A stretch of 33,848 bases of DNA from an uncultured Ruminococcus sp. (GTDB taxonomy: Bacteria; Bacillota; Clostridia; Oscillospirales; CAG-382): contig CAYOGQ010000004.1 in the NCBI GenBank assembly GCA_964403645.1, positions 1 to 33,848 of the forward strand, given 5' to 3'. A program made the position numbers and the translations under genes. Below the pieces are notes generated by a model that was given only the letters and a program-made list of their open reading frames with translations, was not told the DNA's origin and did not search any database. This document shows, piece by piece, positions 1 through 9,238 of this stretch; positions within the stretch are counted from its first letter, which is position 1; every line of letters starts with the position of its first letter.

Positions 1-584
<584 letters not shown>

Positions 585-588
<4 letters not shown>

Positions 589-1475
589 GTCAATTTCTTC
601 CTCTGTTCCTTAAATGCGTTTTTATATCCATAGCGTTCCGTATGATATTCTTTCATTCTCTCGACCACCGAGTAGGGTATCGCAAGGTTTCCCAAACCCT
701 TTCCGATAGCTATCTGCGGCTTGAATTCCCCGTGGAAATCGGTGCCGCCCGAAACCAAAAGCCCCGATTTTGCGGCAATGGCGCGGTAATCGCGCTCCAT
801 TTCCGGGGTGTAATAGGTGTAATATCCCTCCACGCCCGCCAGACCCGCGGCTTTCAGTCCTGCCAAAAATTCCTCAAGCTCCGGGAGCGGCTTGCGTGTG
901 AGGTGGAGATGCGCGCAGAAAGCTATCCCGCCCGCGCCGTTGATCAGCCCCACCGCTTCGGCGTCGGTGAATGCCTGTTTGCCCGAATACGCCGCTCTGC
1001 CGTTGTCGAGGTATTTGTCGAACGCTTCTTTTACCGAACCGACATAGCCCTTGTTGACCATTATCCTGGCGAAATGCGCGCGGCAGAGGATGTCGCCGCC
1101 GGCAACCTCATACGCTTCTTCCATGGTGACGTGAAAGCCCGCGGCGACAAGCTTTTCGCAGGTTTCTACCTCTCTTTCGCGGCGGACCTGTTTGGCATAT
1201 TCGAGTTTTTCGTTCAATTCCTTATTGTTTATGTCGATAAAATATCCCAGTATATGGGTTTCGGTTTCGGACTTTGCCGAAAGCTCTACGGCGGGAATCA
1301 CCTCCACGCCGATTTTATTGCCTTCGTCCATGGCGTCGACAACGCCGGCGATCGAATCATGATCGGTGAGAGACAGCGCGGCAAGTCCGGCTGATTTGGC
1401 GTGGCGCACCAGCTCGCGCGGGGTCATCGAGCCGTCCGAGCAGGTGGAGTGGGTGTGAAGGTCGATTGTTTTCAA
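585..1475 (-). CDS. PHP-domain metal-dependent phosphoesterase (TrpH/YciV-like)
   Basis: 296-aa ORF. MKTIDLHTHSTCSDGSMTP...LSLTDHDSIAGV carries the HxH and DHD metal-ligand motifs of the PHP family, and a later GGTDFHG motif is present. The stop TGA (587-585) overlaps the gnd ATG (588-586). Confidence 0.85.
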
Positions 1476-1503
1476 TTGTTTCCCCCGATTTTTATATATT
1501 TTG

Positions 1504-3627
1504 TTACTTGGAATAACCGAGCCCGAACAGGCTTGCGAGAGCGGCGGCTTTTTCGTTTAACGCTTCGAGATTAACGGATGAGCCGTTTTCGCCGATATAT
1601 ATATCCAGCGCTTCGGTAAGCGAGGCTTTGTCGCCGTCTTGTATGTACGCTCCCGCGTTAAGCGGGTCGTCCGCGCCGCCTCGGACCAGATCCTCCACCG
1701 TTTTGGAAATCACCCCGGAACCCATAAAGGCTTCGACCAGCTCCTCCCCGGAGGGAATATCGCCGCCGAAAAGGGATTTTTCGCCGCCAAAAACCGCGGT
1801 TTTGGCTATCGCGTAGATATAGCGCACGCAAATCGCTTCGGTTTCGGCTTCATCCGCGGTTAAAGCCGCGCTTGACGCGAGGTTTCGGATATATGAGTTC
1901 AACATGTCCGCCAGCTCCCCTGCGTTGATGTCACCAATCCCGTAACCCGCAAGGAGTTTTCCGGATATTATGGAAGCCGCCGTTTCGGCAAACTCGGAGT
2001 TCGGTTCTTCCGCCAGCCAAAGTATGGCGTCGCTCGCGGGCGCGCTGTCGTCGGATATCGCCCGAGCGAGAGATACGGCTTTCAATACCGACTCGAACGC
2101 AGCTTCATAACAGCCGTCGCAGTCCAAAATACGCCGCACGGCGTCATCGCTGAATATCCCCATCGAGTTGATCCCGTCCGATTTGAGGAACGTCTCTATA
2201 AGCGCGTCCACTTTACCGCCCATTATACGGCTTTGCGAGGCTATGTCGAGCGCCCTCCCCAAAGAAGCAAAATCGGCTTCCAATATGTCGGTCTTGTGCG
2301 CCGCCGAGTTTGCGAAACGGATTATAAGCACCGAAGCCCGTTCGATTTTTTCCGCTTCCTCCTCAGCTTCGGCTTCGGTGAGCTCAGGCAACGCCGAGCC
2401 GTCTATTATCAGTTCTTCCGCGAGAGCTTCTGTTTCACCGAGGCTTTCGGCGGCGCATTCCAGCGCGGTGTTGATAAGCCCCGCCGTGATGGCGCGGAAG
2501 CGCGGGTACGAATAAACCCTGACGATAATTTCAGAAATCAACCCCTCGCGGCACACGACCTCGGCGACGTTTGCCCCTTCTGAAAACAGCTCGAACGCCG
2601 AATGTTCGGCAAACACTCCGAATAGTCCGGCGGTTTCTTTCAGGTCGTTCTTTAAGGTTTTGCAGTCGGTTTCGGCGAGTATGTCGAACATTTGACCCGC
2701 CAGTCTGTCGCTCCGCGCGCTTTCCGATATTTTCAAACCCGCTTTATAACGGCTTCCCAGGTCCGTCGCGGCGTAGGTCAAAAGCTCCCCTGCGATACCG
2801 CCGAATATTTCGGCTCTGCCCACCGTATCCGCCGCCCGTTCCAATGCCGTCGCCTGCGCCGCGCCGAAGCTGCCGACGGATTTTTCGGCAAACAGCGGAC
2901 CGAGTTCGGCGTACAGCTCGGATATTGTGTCTATTTCGTCGGGGAGGGGGTTGGCGGTACCGTCCACCCTCACCGTGGTCAGCGAGTCGAAGATAATATC
3001 GCCAACCGTCCGGGAAATTTTTATAAAAGGGTTGGAGGTGAGCGGCTCTATATAATTTTTCCGCAATTTACCCGCTTTTTCGGGTAAAGTTATGACATAT
3101 ACGTTTTCACCCGACGACATTCCCGCCGTCACGTCGTCGGCGACGCCGATAAGGCCCGCGAGCGGGGCGTTCGAAAATGCGATAAACAACACCGCCGCCG
3201 CAAGCGAAACCGCCATCCCCCAGACACGGTCGCCTTTGGGACGGCGCTTCCATTCCAAAATTTTGTTGATACGGCGCGAGGCCAGCATTAAGATTGCAAA
3301 AAACAGCGGGAAAAGCAGTAAAAACAGCACGACGGCGCAGGATACCCTGATACATTCCTCAAATAGTTTTATCAGGTTCGGCGAAACATTTGCCATTTCG
3401 TCGGGGAGAGTATCCCGAAACAACGAGGTGAGCCGCACTAAAAACGCCGCCGGGATATACGATAAAAATATCGCGGCGAAATTCGCCGCAAGCGCGGCAA
3501 TTATGACACTGCCAAGGCTCACGAGCGACTTATACGTTCCCTTTTTGTAACCGAAATATGCCCATAAAACCAAAACGGTAAGCCCCGTTAAGGTCAGAAA
3601 CACCGATGCCGTTTTAACGCCGCCCAT
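1504..3627 (-). CDS. CvpA-family-like integral membrane protein with a large C-terminal domain of unknown function
   Basis: 707-aa ORF preceded by GGGAGG 6 nt upstream of the ATG. The first ~170 aa contain four hydrophobic spans (VFLTLTGLTVLVLWAYF, LGSVIIAALAANFAAIFLSYI, CAVVLFLLLFPLFFAILML, GMAVSLAAAVLFIAF), as in colicin-V-production (CvpA) proteins. The remaining ~530 aa are Ala/Glu/Leu-rich with no motif I recognise. Confidence 0.65.
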   Translation of the reverse strand: MGGVKTASVFLTLTGLTVLVLWAYFGYKKGTYKSLVSLGSVIIAALAANFAAIFLSYIPAAFLVRLTSLFRDTLPDEMANVSPNLIKLFEECIRVSCAVVLFLLLFPLFFAILMLASRRINKILEWKRRPKGDRVWGMAVSLAAAVLFIAFSNAPLAGLIGVADDVTAGMSSGENVYVITLPEKAGKLRKNYIEPLTSNPFIKISRTVGDIIFDSLTTVRVDGTANPLPDEIDTISELYAELGPLFAEKSVGSFGAAQATALERAADTVGRAEIFGGIAGELLTYAATDLGSRYKAGLKISESARSDRLAGQMFDILAETDCKTLKNDLKETAGLFGVFAEHSAFELFSEGANVAEVVCREGLISEIIVRVYSYPRFRAITAGLINTALECAAESLGETEALAEELIIDGSALPELTEAEAEEEAEKIERASVLIIRFANSAAHKTDILEADFASLGRALDIASQSRIMGGKVDALIETFLKSDGINSMGIFSDDAVRRILDCDGCYEAAFESVLKAVSLARAISDDSAPASDAILWLAEEPNSEFAETAASIISGKLLAGYGIGDINAGELADMLNSYIRNLASSAALTADEAETEAICVRYIYAIAKTAVFGGEKSLFGGDIPSGEELVEAFMGSGVISKTVEDLVRGGADDPLNAGAYIQDGDKASLTEALDIYIGENGSSVNLEALNEKAAALASLFGLGYSK

Positions 3628-3642
3628 TAAATACCTCCCGCC

Positions 3643-4824
3643 TTATGCGCGCGCTTTTATCGCGCCGCACAGCCTTTCCAGAGCGCTTTCTATGACTTTT
3701 TGCGGGCAGGCGAGGTTAAGCCGTTCAAAACCGCTCCCGCCTGTGCCGAATATATATCCTTCGTCGGCGAAAATATATGCCTTTTCGTGCATGAATTTTT
3801 CCAGCTTGAGGTTGTCGAACCCCAGAAACCCGAAGTCTATCCATTGGAGATAAGTGCCTTGCAGGTCGTAAACCTTGGCTTCGGGGAGGTTGTTTGTTAT
3901 AAAATCTTCCGCCAGCCTTTTATTGCCGTCGACCGCCGCCAAAAGTTCGCCCAGCCAGTCCTCGCAGTCGCGGTAGGCGAATATACAGGCGGGGTATGCG
4001 AATGCGTTGAGGGAAAAATAACCTTTCGCCTGACTCAGCTTATTTCTTCTGCCCTCGTCGGCGATGAATATATTCGAACATTGCAGCCCCGCCAAATTAA
4101 AGGTTTTCGACGGCGAGGTGCAGACCGCGCAGTTTTTGAGATACTTTTCCTCAAAAGTACCCAAGGAAACATGACGGTTACCGGGGAGAATGAGATCGGA
4201 ATGTATTTCGTCGCTGATTATAAAAACCTTGTGTTTCAGGCAGATTTCGCATATTCGCGCCAGTTCGTCCTTTGTCCATACCCGTCCGACGGGGTTGTGC
4301 GGGGAGCAGAGGATGAACATCGTTACTTTATCGTCGGAGCACTTGCGCTCGAAATCGTCAAAATCTATATTATAAGTGTTGCCTTCGGGGACAAGGGGCG
4401 ATTCGGCAACCTTTCTGCCGCATGCCTCTATCGCTATCCGGAACGGATAATACACCGGGGGGGTGATAAGTATGCGGTCGCCCTTGCGGGTGAGTGCGGA
4501 AACCATGTCGAATATCGCGGGGACGACGCCCGCGGAGAGCACAAACCATTCCTTTTCAGGGGAAAAGTTATGGCGTCGCTCCATCCAGCGTATTACTTCA
4601 TTATAATATTCCCCGGTTGGCTCAGTATATCCCAAAACGCAGTCGGAAAGCCAATTTTTCAACCCTTCCGCTATTGGAGGGGGGAGGTTGAACTCCATGT
4701 CCGCCACCGAAAGCGGAACGATGCCCCCGGGGATATTCCGGCTGCCGTCTAACATAAGGTTCCATTTTTCGCTGCCGGTGTCTCGGCGGTCCAAGATCCG
4801 TGTAAAATCGTATTTATTTGTCAT
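3643..4824 (-). CDS. PLP-dependent C-S lyase / aminotransferase class I-II (MalY/PatB cystathionine beta-lyase type)
   Basis: MTNKYDFTRILDRRDTGSEKWNLM..., SPHNPVGRVWTKDEL and the PLP-lysine context SPSKTFNLAGLQCS are characteristic of MalY/PatB. The track ORF begins at 4884, but that start would overlap folA by 38 nt. The internal ATG at 4824 (MTNKYDF) lies 22 nt after the folA stop and matches the usual N-terminus, so I prefer it. Confidence 0.85.
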   Translation of the reverse strand: MTNKYDFTRILDRRDTGSEKWNLMLDGSRNIPGGIVPLSVADMEFNLPPPIAEGLKNWLSDCVLGYTEPTGEYYNEVIRWMERRHNFSPEKEWFVLSAGVVPAIFDMVSALTRKGDRILITPPVYYPFRIAIEACGRKVAESPLVPEGNTYNIDFDDFERKCSDDKVTMFILCSPHNPVGRVWTKDELARICEICLKHKVFIISDEIHSDLILPGNRHVSLGTFEEKYLKNCAVCTSPSKTFNLAGLQCSNIFIADEGRRNKLSQAKGYFSLNAFAYPACIFAYRDCEDWLGELLAAVDGNKRLAEDFITNNLPEAKVYDLQGTYLQWIDFGFLGFDNLKLEKFMHEKAYIFADEGYIFGTGGSGFERLNLACPQKVIESALERLCGAIKARA

Positions 4825-4846
4825 AAGGTCTTTCTTTGTGTCGTAT

Positions 4847-5359
4847 TTATTTATTTCTTCTGTATTCGGTAAAATAATACCCAAGTCCCGGCTCGGTGTC
4901 GGTCCCGCCGTCGCTCGTCAGTCGCTCGCTTACAGCGACGCATTCCCAATCCGATTCGAGGTCGAGGTTGGGTATGCAGACGTCCTTTTCAAAGGACTTG
5001 TCGAATTTTGTCACATAACCGTAATCGCACAGGGGGATAAGCTGGCGGTACACCGACGCCCCGCCGATAACGAAAACGTCGCCGGTGTCGTATTTTTTCA
5101 GTTCCTCCGAAAGCTCGTCCAGCGAGTGGACCACCGTAGCCCCTTCGGGGCGATAGTTTGTATCCCAGTTTAGTATAATGTTGATTCTGTTCGGCAGCAC
5201 CCTCCCGCCGGGGAAAGTCAAAAGCGTGTTCGAACCGTACACCACGACTTTGCCTTTGGTGAGCAGACGGAAACGGGCGAGGTCGGCCTTGACTCTCGCG
5301 AGCAGGTCGCCTTTGTTGCCGATTCCCCACTCCTTGTCGACCGCGACTATAAACTTCAT
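4847..5359 (-). CDS. folA: dihydrofolate reductase
   Basis: 170 aa. MKFIVAVDKEWGIGNKGDLLARVKADLARFRLLT...VFVIGGASVYRQL matches the DHFR pattern (IxAxxxxxxIG, LPW-type segment, VIGG..vY). AAAGGA RBS upstream. Sits 20 nt downstream of thyA. Confidence 0.9.
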   Translation of the reverse strand: MKFIVAVDKEWGIGNKGDLLARVKADLARFRLLTKGKVVVYGSNTLLTFPGGRVLPNRINIILNWDTNYRPEGATVVHSLDELSEELKKYDTGDVFVIGGASVYRQLIPLCDYGYVTKFDKSFEKDVCIPNLDLESDWECVAVSERLTSDGGTDTEPGLGYYFTEYRRNK

Positions 5360-5379
5360 TTATGTAATCCTTTCGTGCT

Positions 5380-6210
5380 TTAGACCGCCACTTCGAATTT
5401 GCCTATCTTTTCGCCGTGATGGTAATCCGTGACCGTAAAACTGTCGGGGGTGAAGGCATAAAAATCCGTCACCGATTTGTCCAGCTCCACTTTGGGCGCT
5501 GGGAAAGCTTCGCGCTTTATCAGCTCCTCGACTATCGGAATATGGCGGTCGTAGATGTGGCAGTCGGCTATGACGTGAATAAATTCCCCCGGATTTAAGC
5601 CCGAAACCTGTGCGAACATCATGACCAGCGCGGCGTATTGCGCGACGTTCCATGCGTTGGCGGCGAGCATGTCCTGCGAACGCTGGTTGAGTATGGCGCA
5701 CAGCCGCCCTTCTACCACGTTGAAGGTCATGGAATATGCGCAGGGGTAGAGCGTCATTTCATGCAATTCGGCGAAATTATAGATATTGGTCAGAATCCGC
5801 CGCGATGACGGGTTGTTTTTGAGGTCATATAAAACGCGGTCGACCATGTCGAACTCGCCTTCTTTATATTTGTGCTTCACCGACATCTGATAGCCGTAGG
5901 CTTTGCCTATCGAGCCGTTTTCGTCCGCCCACGCGTCCCAGATACGGCTCCCCAGGTCGCGCACATTGTTGGACTTCCTCTGCCAGATCCATAAAATTTC
6001 GTCCACCGCCAGTCGCAGCGATATGGGGCGCAGGGTGATTAGGGGGAATTCCTTTGAAAGGTCGTATCTGTTCACCACGCCGAAGCGCTTTTTGGTGGCG
6101 GCGGGGGTGCCGTCGCTCCATTTGGGGCGGATTTTCGCATCGTCCGCCCAGACGCCGTTTTCGAGTATATCTTTGCAAGTGTTTATAAAGGCAGTGTCAG
6201 CAAAACTCAT
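5380..6210 (-). CDS. thyA: thymidylate synthase (ThyA type)
   Basis: 276 aa. FPLITLRPISLRLAVDEILWIWQ, IWDAWADENGSIGKAYGYQ, the catalytic-Cys context LYPCAYSMTFNV, NQRSQDMLAANAWNVAQYA and DCHIYDRH are the conserved ThyA blocks. Confidence 0.95.
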   Translation of the reverse strand: MSFADTAFINTCKDILENGVWADDAKIRPKWSDGTPAATKKRFGVVNRYDLSKEFPLITLRPISLRLAVDEILWIWQRKSNNVRDLGSRIWDAWADENGSIGKAYGYQMSVKHKYKEGEFDMVDRVLYDLKNNPSSRRILTNIYNFAELHEMTLYPCAYSMTFNVVEGRLCAILNQRSQDMLAANAWNVAQYAALVMMFAQVSGLNPGEFIHVIADCHIYDRHIPIVEELIKREAFPAPKVELDKSVTDFYAFTPDSFTVTDYHHGEKIGKFEVAV

Positions 6211-6317
6211 GGTTGTTTATGATCATCCCTTTCTTATGATTGCGGCAATTTCGCCGTAGGCGAAATTGCGGTTACTATGACCGCAAAGGCGCAACTGCTG
6301 TTTGAAAGATTTATCTT

Positions 6318-7343
6318 TCAAACGTTCCTTGCGATATCTATCATTTTTTTTGCCCTGTCAAACCCGGCGTTGGCGGGATACTCGCAGCCGGTGGCGAGTA
6401 TGAAACCCGTCCCGCCCATCGCCGCCATCTGCGTTTTGCATAGGTTTTCCCATTCGTCGTCGCTTCCGTACACGGCGTTGGTGGGCGGCACGCAGCCGAT
6501 GAGCGTTATTTTATCGCCGTACTTTGCCTTGCATTCGGCAAAATCCGCGCAGTCGTCGGGCGGGTACAGGAACGAGATCGCGTCCGGGCGCATATACTCT
6601 ATCTGCGCGTCGAAATAGATCTTCTGCCCGCAGTTATGTATCATTACCCTTTTGCCCTTGCGACGTATCGCTTCGGCGAGGATGCGGGAATCCTCCCCCT
6701 CGGTTTCCCGCCACATGGCTTTGGACATTATGGAGCCGGAGGCGAATAGCGTGTCGAGCATGACGCCGTCGACGCCCGTGTCGCAGACCGCTTCGGTATA
6801 TTCCGCGAGCGTTTGAGTCATCGCCCGGCAAGCGGATTTCACCTTTTCGGGGCAGTCGTATAGATCCATGAACATCTCCTGCTGCCCGCGGCACATGGAA
6901 AGCGTGCCGAGCGGCCCGAAAACGAAGGCGAACACCGGCGTTTCGCCGCCCAAACCTTCTACGATGCGGCGGCAGGTTTCTACATAAAACCTCATCCTCG
7001 GCGATTTTTGCCAGTCGGTTTTTATTATTTTATCGTAATCCTCCGGCGTTTTGATCAGCCGGTCGTCGTAATCGGGGCGCGGCGCTTCGTTTTCCGGGAA
7101 GACCACACTCTGACCCCAAGCCGTACATTCCACCGAAAGATCGGTGAGTACCGTCACGCAGTCAAGATCGAACTCTTTTACCGCTTTTATAAAAGCCGCC
7201 GCGCAGCTTTCCGCGTCGGTCGACCACACGGGGTAGCTAACTCCCGTGAGCTTGCGGGTGATACCGCACAACAACGGCGAAACCGGGGTGACGCATGTAG
7301 GCTCGTGCCTTAAAGTCTTTTCGATAAGCTCTCTTTTATTCAT
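6318..7343 (-). CDS. MtaA/CmuA-like corrinoid methyltransferase (uroporphyrinogen decarboxylase, URO-D, fold)
   Basis: From MNKRELIEKTLRHEPT..., 341 aa of URO-D-like sequence. H-x-C (MIHNCGQ) and a later Cys (ATGCEYP) sit where MtaA/MtbA zinc ligands lie. The track ORF start (7421) adds an Arg/Gly-rich 26-aa extension that overlaps the upstream gene. The ATG at 7343-7341 overlaps that gene's TGA (7342-7340) as ATGA, so I take 7343 as the start. Confidence 0.8.
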   Translation of the reverse strand: MNKRELIEKTLRHEPTCVTPVSPLLCGITRKLTGVSYPVWSTDAESCAAAFIKAVKEFDLDCVTVLTDLSVECTAWGQSVVFPENEAPRPDYDDRLIKTPEDYDKIIKTDWQKSPRMRFYVETCRRIVEGLGGETPVFAFVFGPLGTLSMCRGQQEMFMDLYDCPEKVKSACRAMTQTLAEYTEAVCDTGVDGVMLDTLFASGSIMSKAMWRETEGEDSRILAEAIRRKGKRVMIHNCGQKIYFDAQIEYMRPDAISFLYPPDDCADFAECKAKYGDKITLIGCVPPTNAVYGSDDEWENLCKTQMAAMGGTGFILATGCEYPANAGFDRAKKMIDIARNV

Positions 7344-7975
7344 ACCGCAGCGAACTCCGCCGCTTTTTCCGCGGCGGTCGCCGCGTCGGGGGTGTAGAGG
7401 TCCGCGCCTATCTCGCGGCAAAAATCCGCGTTGAGCGGCGCGCCGCCCACCATTATCTTTACTTTATCGCGTATTCCCGCTTTTACAGCTTCGTCCACCA
7501 CGTTCTTCATCTCATACATAGTGGAAGTCAAAAGCGCGGAGCAGCAGATGATATCCGCGTTTTCGGTTATCGCTTCGGCGACGAACCTTTCGGCGGGCAC
7601 GCTGACGCCTAAGTCTTTGACCACAAGCCCCTTGCCCTCCATCATGATTTTGACGAGGTTTTTACCTATGTCATGCAAGTCGCCCTTGACCGTGCCTATA
7701 ACCACCTTGCCTTTGGACTTAGCGCCGCCGTCGGCGAGGTGAGGTTTTAGCACCGCCGTGGCGCGATTCATCGCCCTCGCGGCGACCAATACCTCCGGGA
7801 CATAGATAACGTTGTCCCTGAACTTGACGCCGATCACCGACATCGCCGGGAGGAGGGCTTTTTCCAGGATATCCGGCGCGCTCACGCCGTTTTCCAGAGC
7901 TGCCGATGTGAGTTTTTCGGCGTCCTCGGCTTTTCCTTTCTGCACCGCAAGGGAAATATCTTCATAAACAGTCAT
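7340..7975 (-). CDS. cobalamin-binding corrinoid protein (methyltransferase cognate, MtaC/MtbC/MtvC-like)
   Basis: 211 aa. An N-terminal helical cap is followed by a B12-binding Rossmann domain with the DxHxxG motif (GDLHDIGKN), SxL (SALLTST) and GG (MVGGAPL). AAGGAGAAAA RBS upstream. Confidence 0.9.
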   Translation of the reverse strand: MTVYEDISLAVQKGKAEDAEKLTSAALENGVSAPDILEKALLPAMSVIGVKFRDNVIYVPEVLVAARAMNRATAVLKPHLADGGAKSKGKVVIGTVKGDLHDIGKNLVKIMMEGKGLVVKDLGVSVPAERFVAEAITENADIICCSALLTSTMYEMKNVVDEAVKAGIRDKVKIMVGGAPLNADFCREIGADLYTPDAATAAEKAAEFAAV

Positions 7976-8035
7976 GGCTTTTCTCCTTATATATTAATGA
8001 TAGTAAAACCGCAGCAAAAATTGTGATCAGGAGTA

Positions 8036-9172
8036 TTAACCGCCGGTCCTGCACCGCTCCACACATTCAAAACCATATTGTAAATAAAGCAACAAATTGT
8101 CTATGTACTGTTTTTCGGGAAACGGATATTCCATATATCCGGCGGAAGGACACAAAATAAAACGCCCGCTCTTATTCCCAGCGCTTACGCAGGACCGAAT
8201 CAATTCTTTTAATCGGTCAGGTTTTGCTTGAATTATTTCCTGAATTTCAATATTCCCTTCCCAGCCGATACCGTCGGAGTATTTTTCAATAATCGATTCC
8301 AAATCAATATCGCCGTTTTTGGGGGGTTCCAGAGGGTTCAGTATGTCCACTCCCATTGAAATATACTGTTCGATAAAATTTGCGACTTTTCCGTGGCTGT
8401 GCACCCAGACATAGCCGCCTGCGTTATGAATGTCATCGCAAAGAGGTTTATCATATTTGTATACAAAATCGGTAAAATCATCGGGCGACAGCAGCGGAGG
8501 AATAAACAGTTCGGGACCTACCCACTGGAACGGGCTTGTTATCCCCAAAGCCGTCACGCTTTTGGTGAATTCTCTGATACGGTCAGAAAACACTCCGATC
8601 GCCCGCTCTAATTTATCGCGGCAGTCAATACTGAAAAACGCCATGTTTTCCGAACCGATCAAACGCTCCAGCGCATATCCGGCATGGTCCAGATTCACTA
8701 AGACCACCCCGCGGTCCCCCACCTGCCTTTGCCTTTGGAAAAAGCCGTCCGCTTTAAAACCAAACGGCTCATATTCCATCGAAAGGAGCTTTTCAATATC
8801 TTCGGGTTCTTTTATCATATGCTCCGTGGTATAAGACGGCTCACCCACGGTCGAAATTCTGTCAATGCCGTGTAAATCTCCCTTAGGGGTGTGAAAGATG
8901 ACGTGCCTGTCCTTGGACGTCGGCTCGGGAGTGTCTTTTATTATATATTCAATCTGATCTTCCGATTTTTGACCGCAATAAATATTAAAAGGAAGGTCAA
9001 AGCCGATAAACAAATCGCTTTTACACGCCGCAAGGTCCCGAACGGGGCGATATGCCGGATGAAGGAGATACGTTTCGTCGCTCGCCCCCCATAATTTTAA
9101 AGCGGGGCGGTCGATTTCCTTGTTTTGAAATATGCGCATTATGCGATCGTGCGAAGTTAATTTAATGTTCAT
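8036..9172 (-). CDS. URO-D-family methyltransferase-like protein, candidate substrate:corrinoid methyltransferase (MT1)
   Basis: 378-aa ORF and first gene of the three-gene minus-strand module, with an AAAGG RBS about 10 nt upstream. The overall URO-D/MtaA-like layout is read by eye: a C-terminal half with VWVHSHGKV...GVDILNPLEP...ILCPSAGYMEYP. The assignment as MT1 rather than MT2 is by position and inference only. GC content is markedly lower than in the neighbouring genes. Confidence 0.6.
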   Translation of the reverse strand: MNIKLTSHDRIMRIFQNKEIDRPALKLWGASDETYLLHPAYRPVRDLAACKSDLFIGFDLPFNIYCGQKSEDQIEYIIKDTPEPTSKDRHVIFHTPKGDLHGIDRISTVGEPSYTTEHMIKEPEDIEKLLSMEYEPFGFKADGFFQRQRQVGDRGVVLVNLDHAGYALERLIGSENMAFFSIDCRDKLERAIGVFSDRIREFTKSVTALGITSPFQWVGPELFIPPLLSPDDFTDFVYKYDKPLCDDIHNAGGYVWVHSHGKVANFIEQYISMGVDILNPLEPPKNGDIDLESIIEKYSDGIGWEGNIEIQEIIQAKPDRLKELIRSCVSAGNKSGRFILCPSAGYMEYPFPEKQYIDNLLLYLQYGFECVERCRTGG

Positions 9173-9202
9173 GCCGTCTTTACCTTTTAATATAAATTTT
9201 AC

Positions 9203-9231
9203 TTGTAAAATGACTATAAAAGTTGTAAAAT
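9203..9231 (+). promoter_or_regulatory. candidate sigma-A promoter built from two direct TTGTAAAAT repeats, in the 66-bp divergent control region
   Basis: TTGTAAAAT occurs at 9203-9211 and again at 9223-9231, a 20-bp period. Read as a promoter, this gives -35 TTGTAA (9203-9208), a 17-nt spacer and -10 TAAAAT (9226-9231). The -10 ends 7 nt before the GTG start at 9239, and no Shine-Dalgarno sequence is present. Confidence 0.35.
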
Positions 9232-9238
9232 CATATCG

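Noticed and set aside
642-1394. 250-aa plus-strand ORF antisense to the PHP gene
   Set aside because: It is a shadow ORF entirely inside a well-supported minus-strand CDS. The sequence is Arg/Gly/Phe-rich and low in complexity, with no RBS or recognisable motif.
3700-4752. 350-aa plus-strand ORF antisense to the C-S lyase gene
   Set aside because: Same reasoning. The opposite-strand protein carries clear PLP-enzyme motifs, while this frame has none and lacks an RBS.
4825-4884. Upstream start of the C-S lyase ORF overlapping folA by 38 nt
   Set aside because: The internal ATG at 4824 yields the family-typical N-terminus (MTNKYDF...DR..T.S.KW) and removes the overlap.
6211-6317. Possible THF riboswitch upstream of thyA-folA
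   Set aside because: I compared the spacer by eye with the THF-I aptamer as I remember it and found no resemblance in sequence or pseudoknot architecture. Only generic hairpins are present, and those are reported separately as a low-interest finding. A cmsearch would be decisive.
7344-7421. 26-codon N-terminal extension of the MtaA-like ORF (MPRDRRGPLHPRRGDRRGKSGGVRCG)
   Set aside because: It is Arg/Gly-rich, unlike the family N-terminus, and overlaps the end of the corrinoid gene by 82 nt. The ATG at 7343 gives a clean ATGA coupling instead.
9173-9238. Possible cobalamin riboswitch controlling the corrinoid module
   Set aside because: The whole divergent spacer is only 66 bp, far too short for a B12 aptamer, and no B12-box-like sequence was seen.
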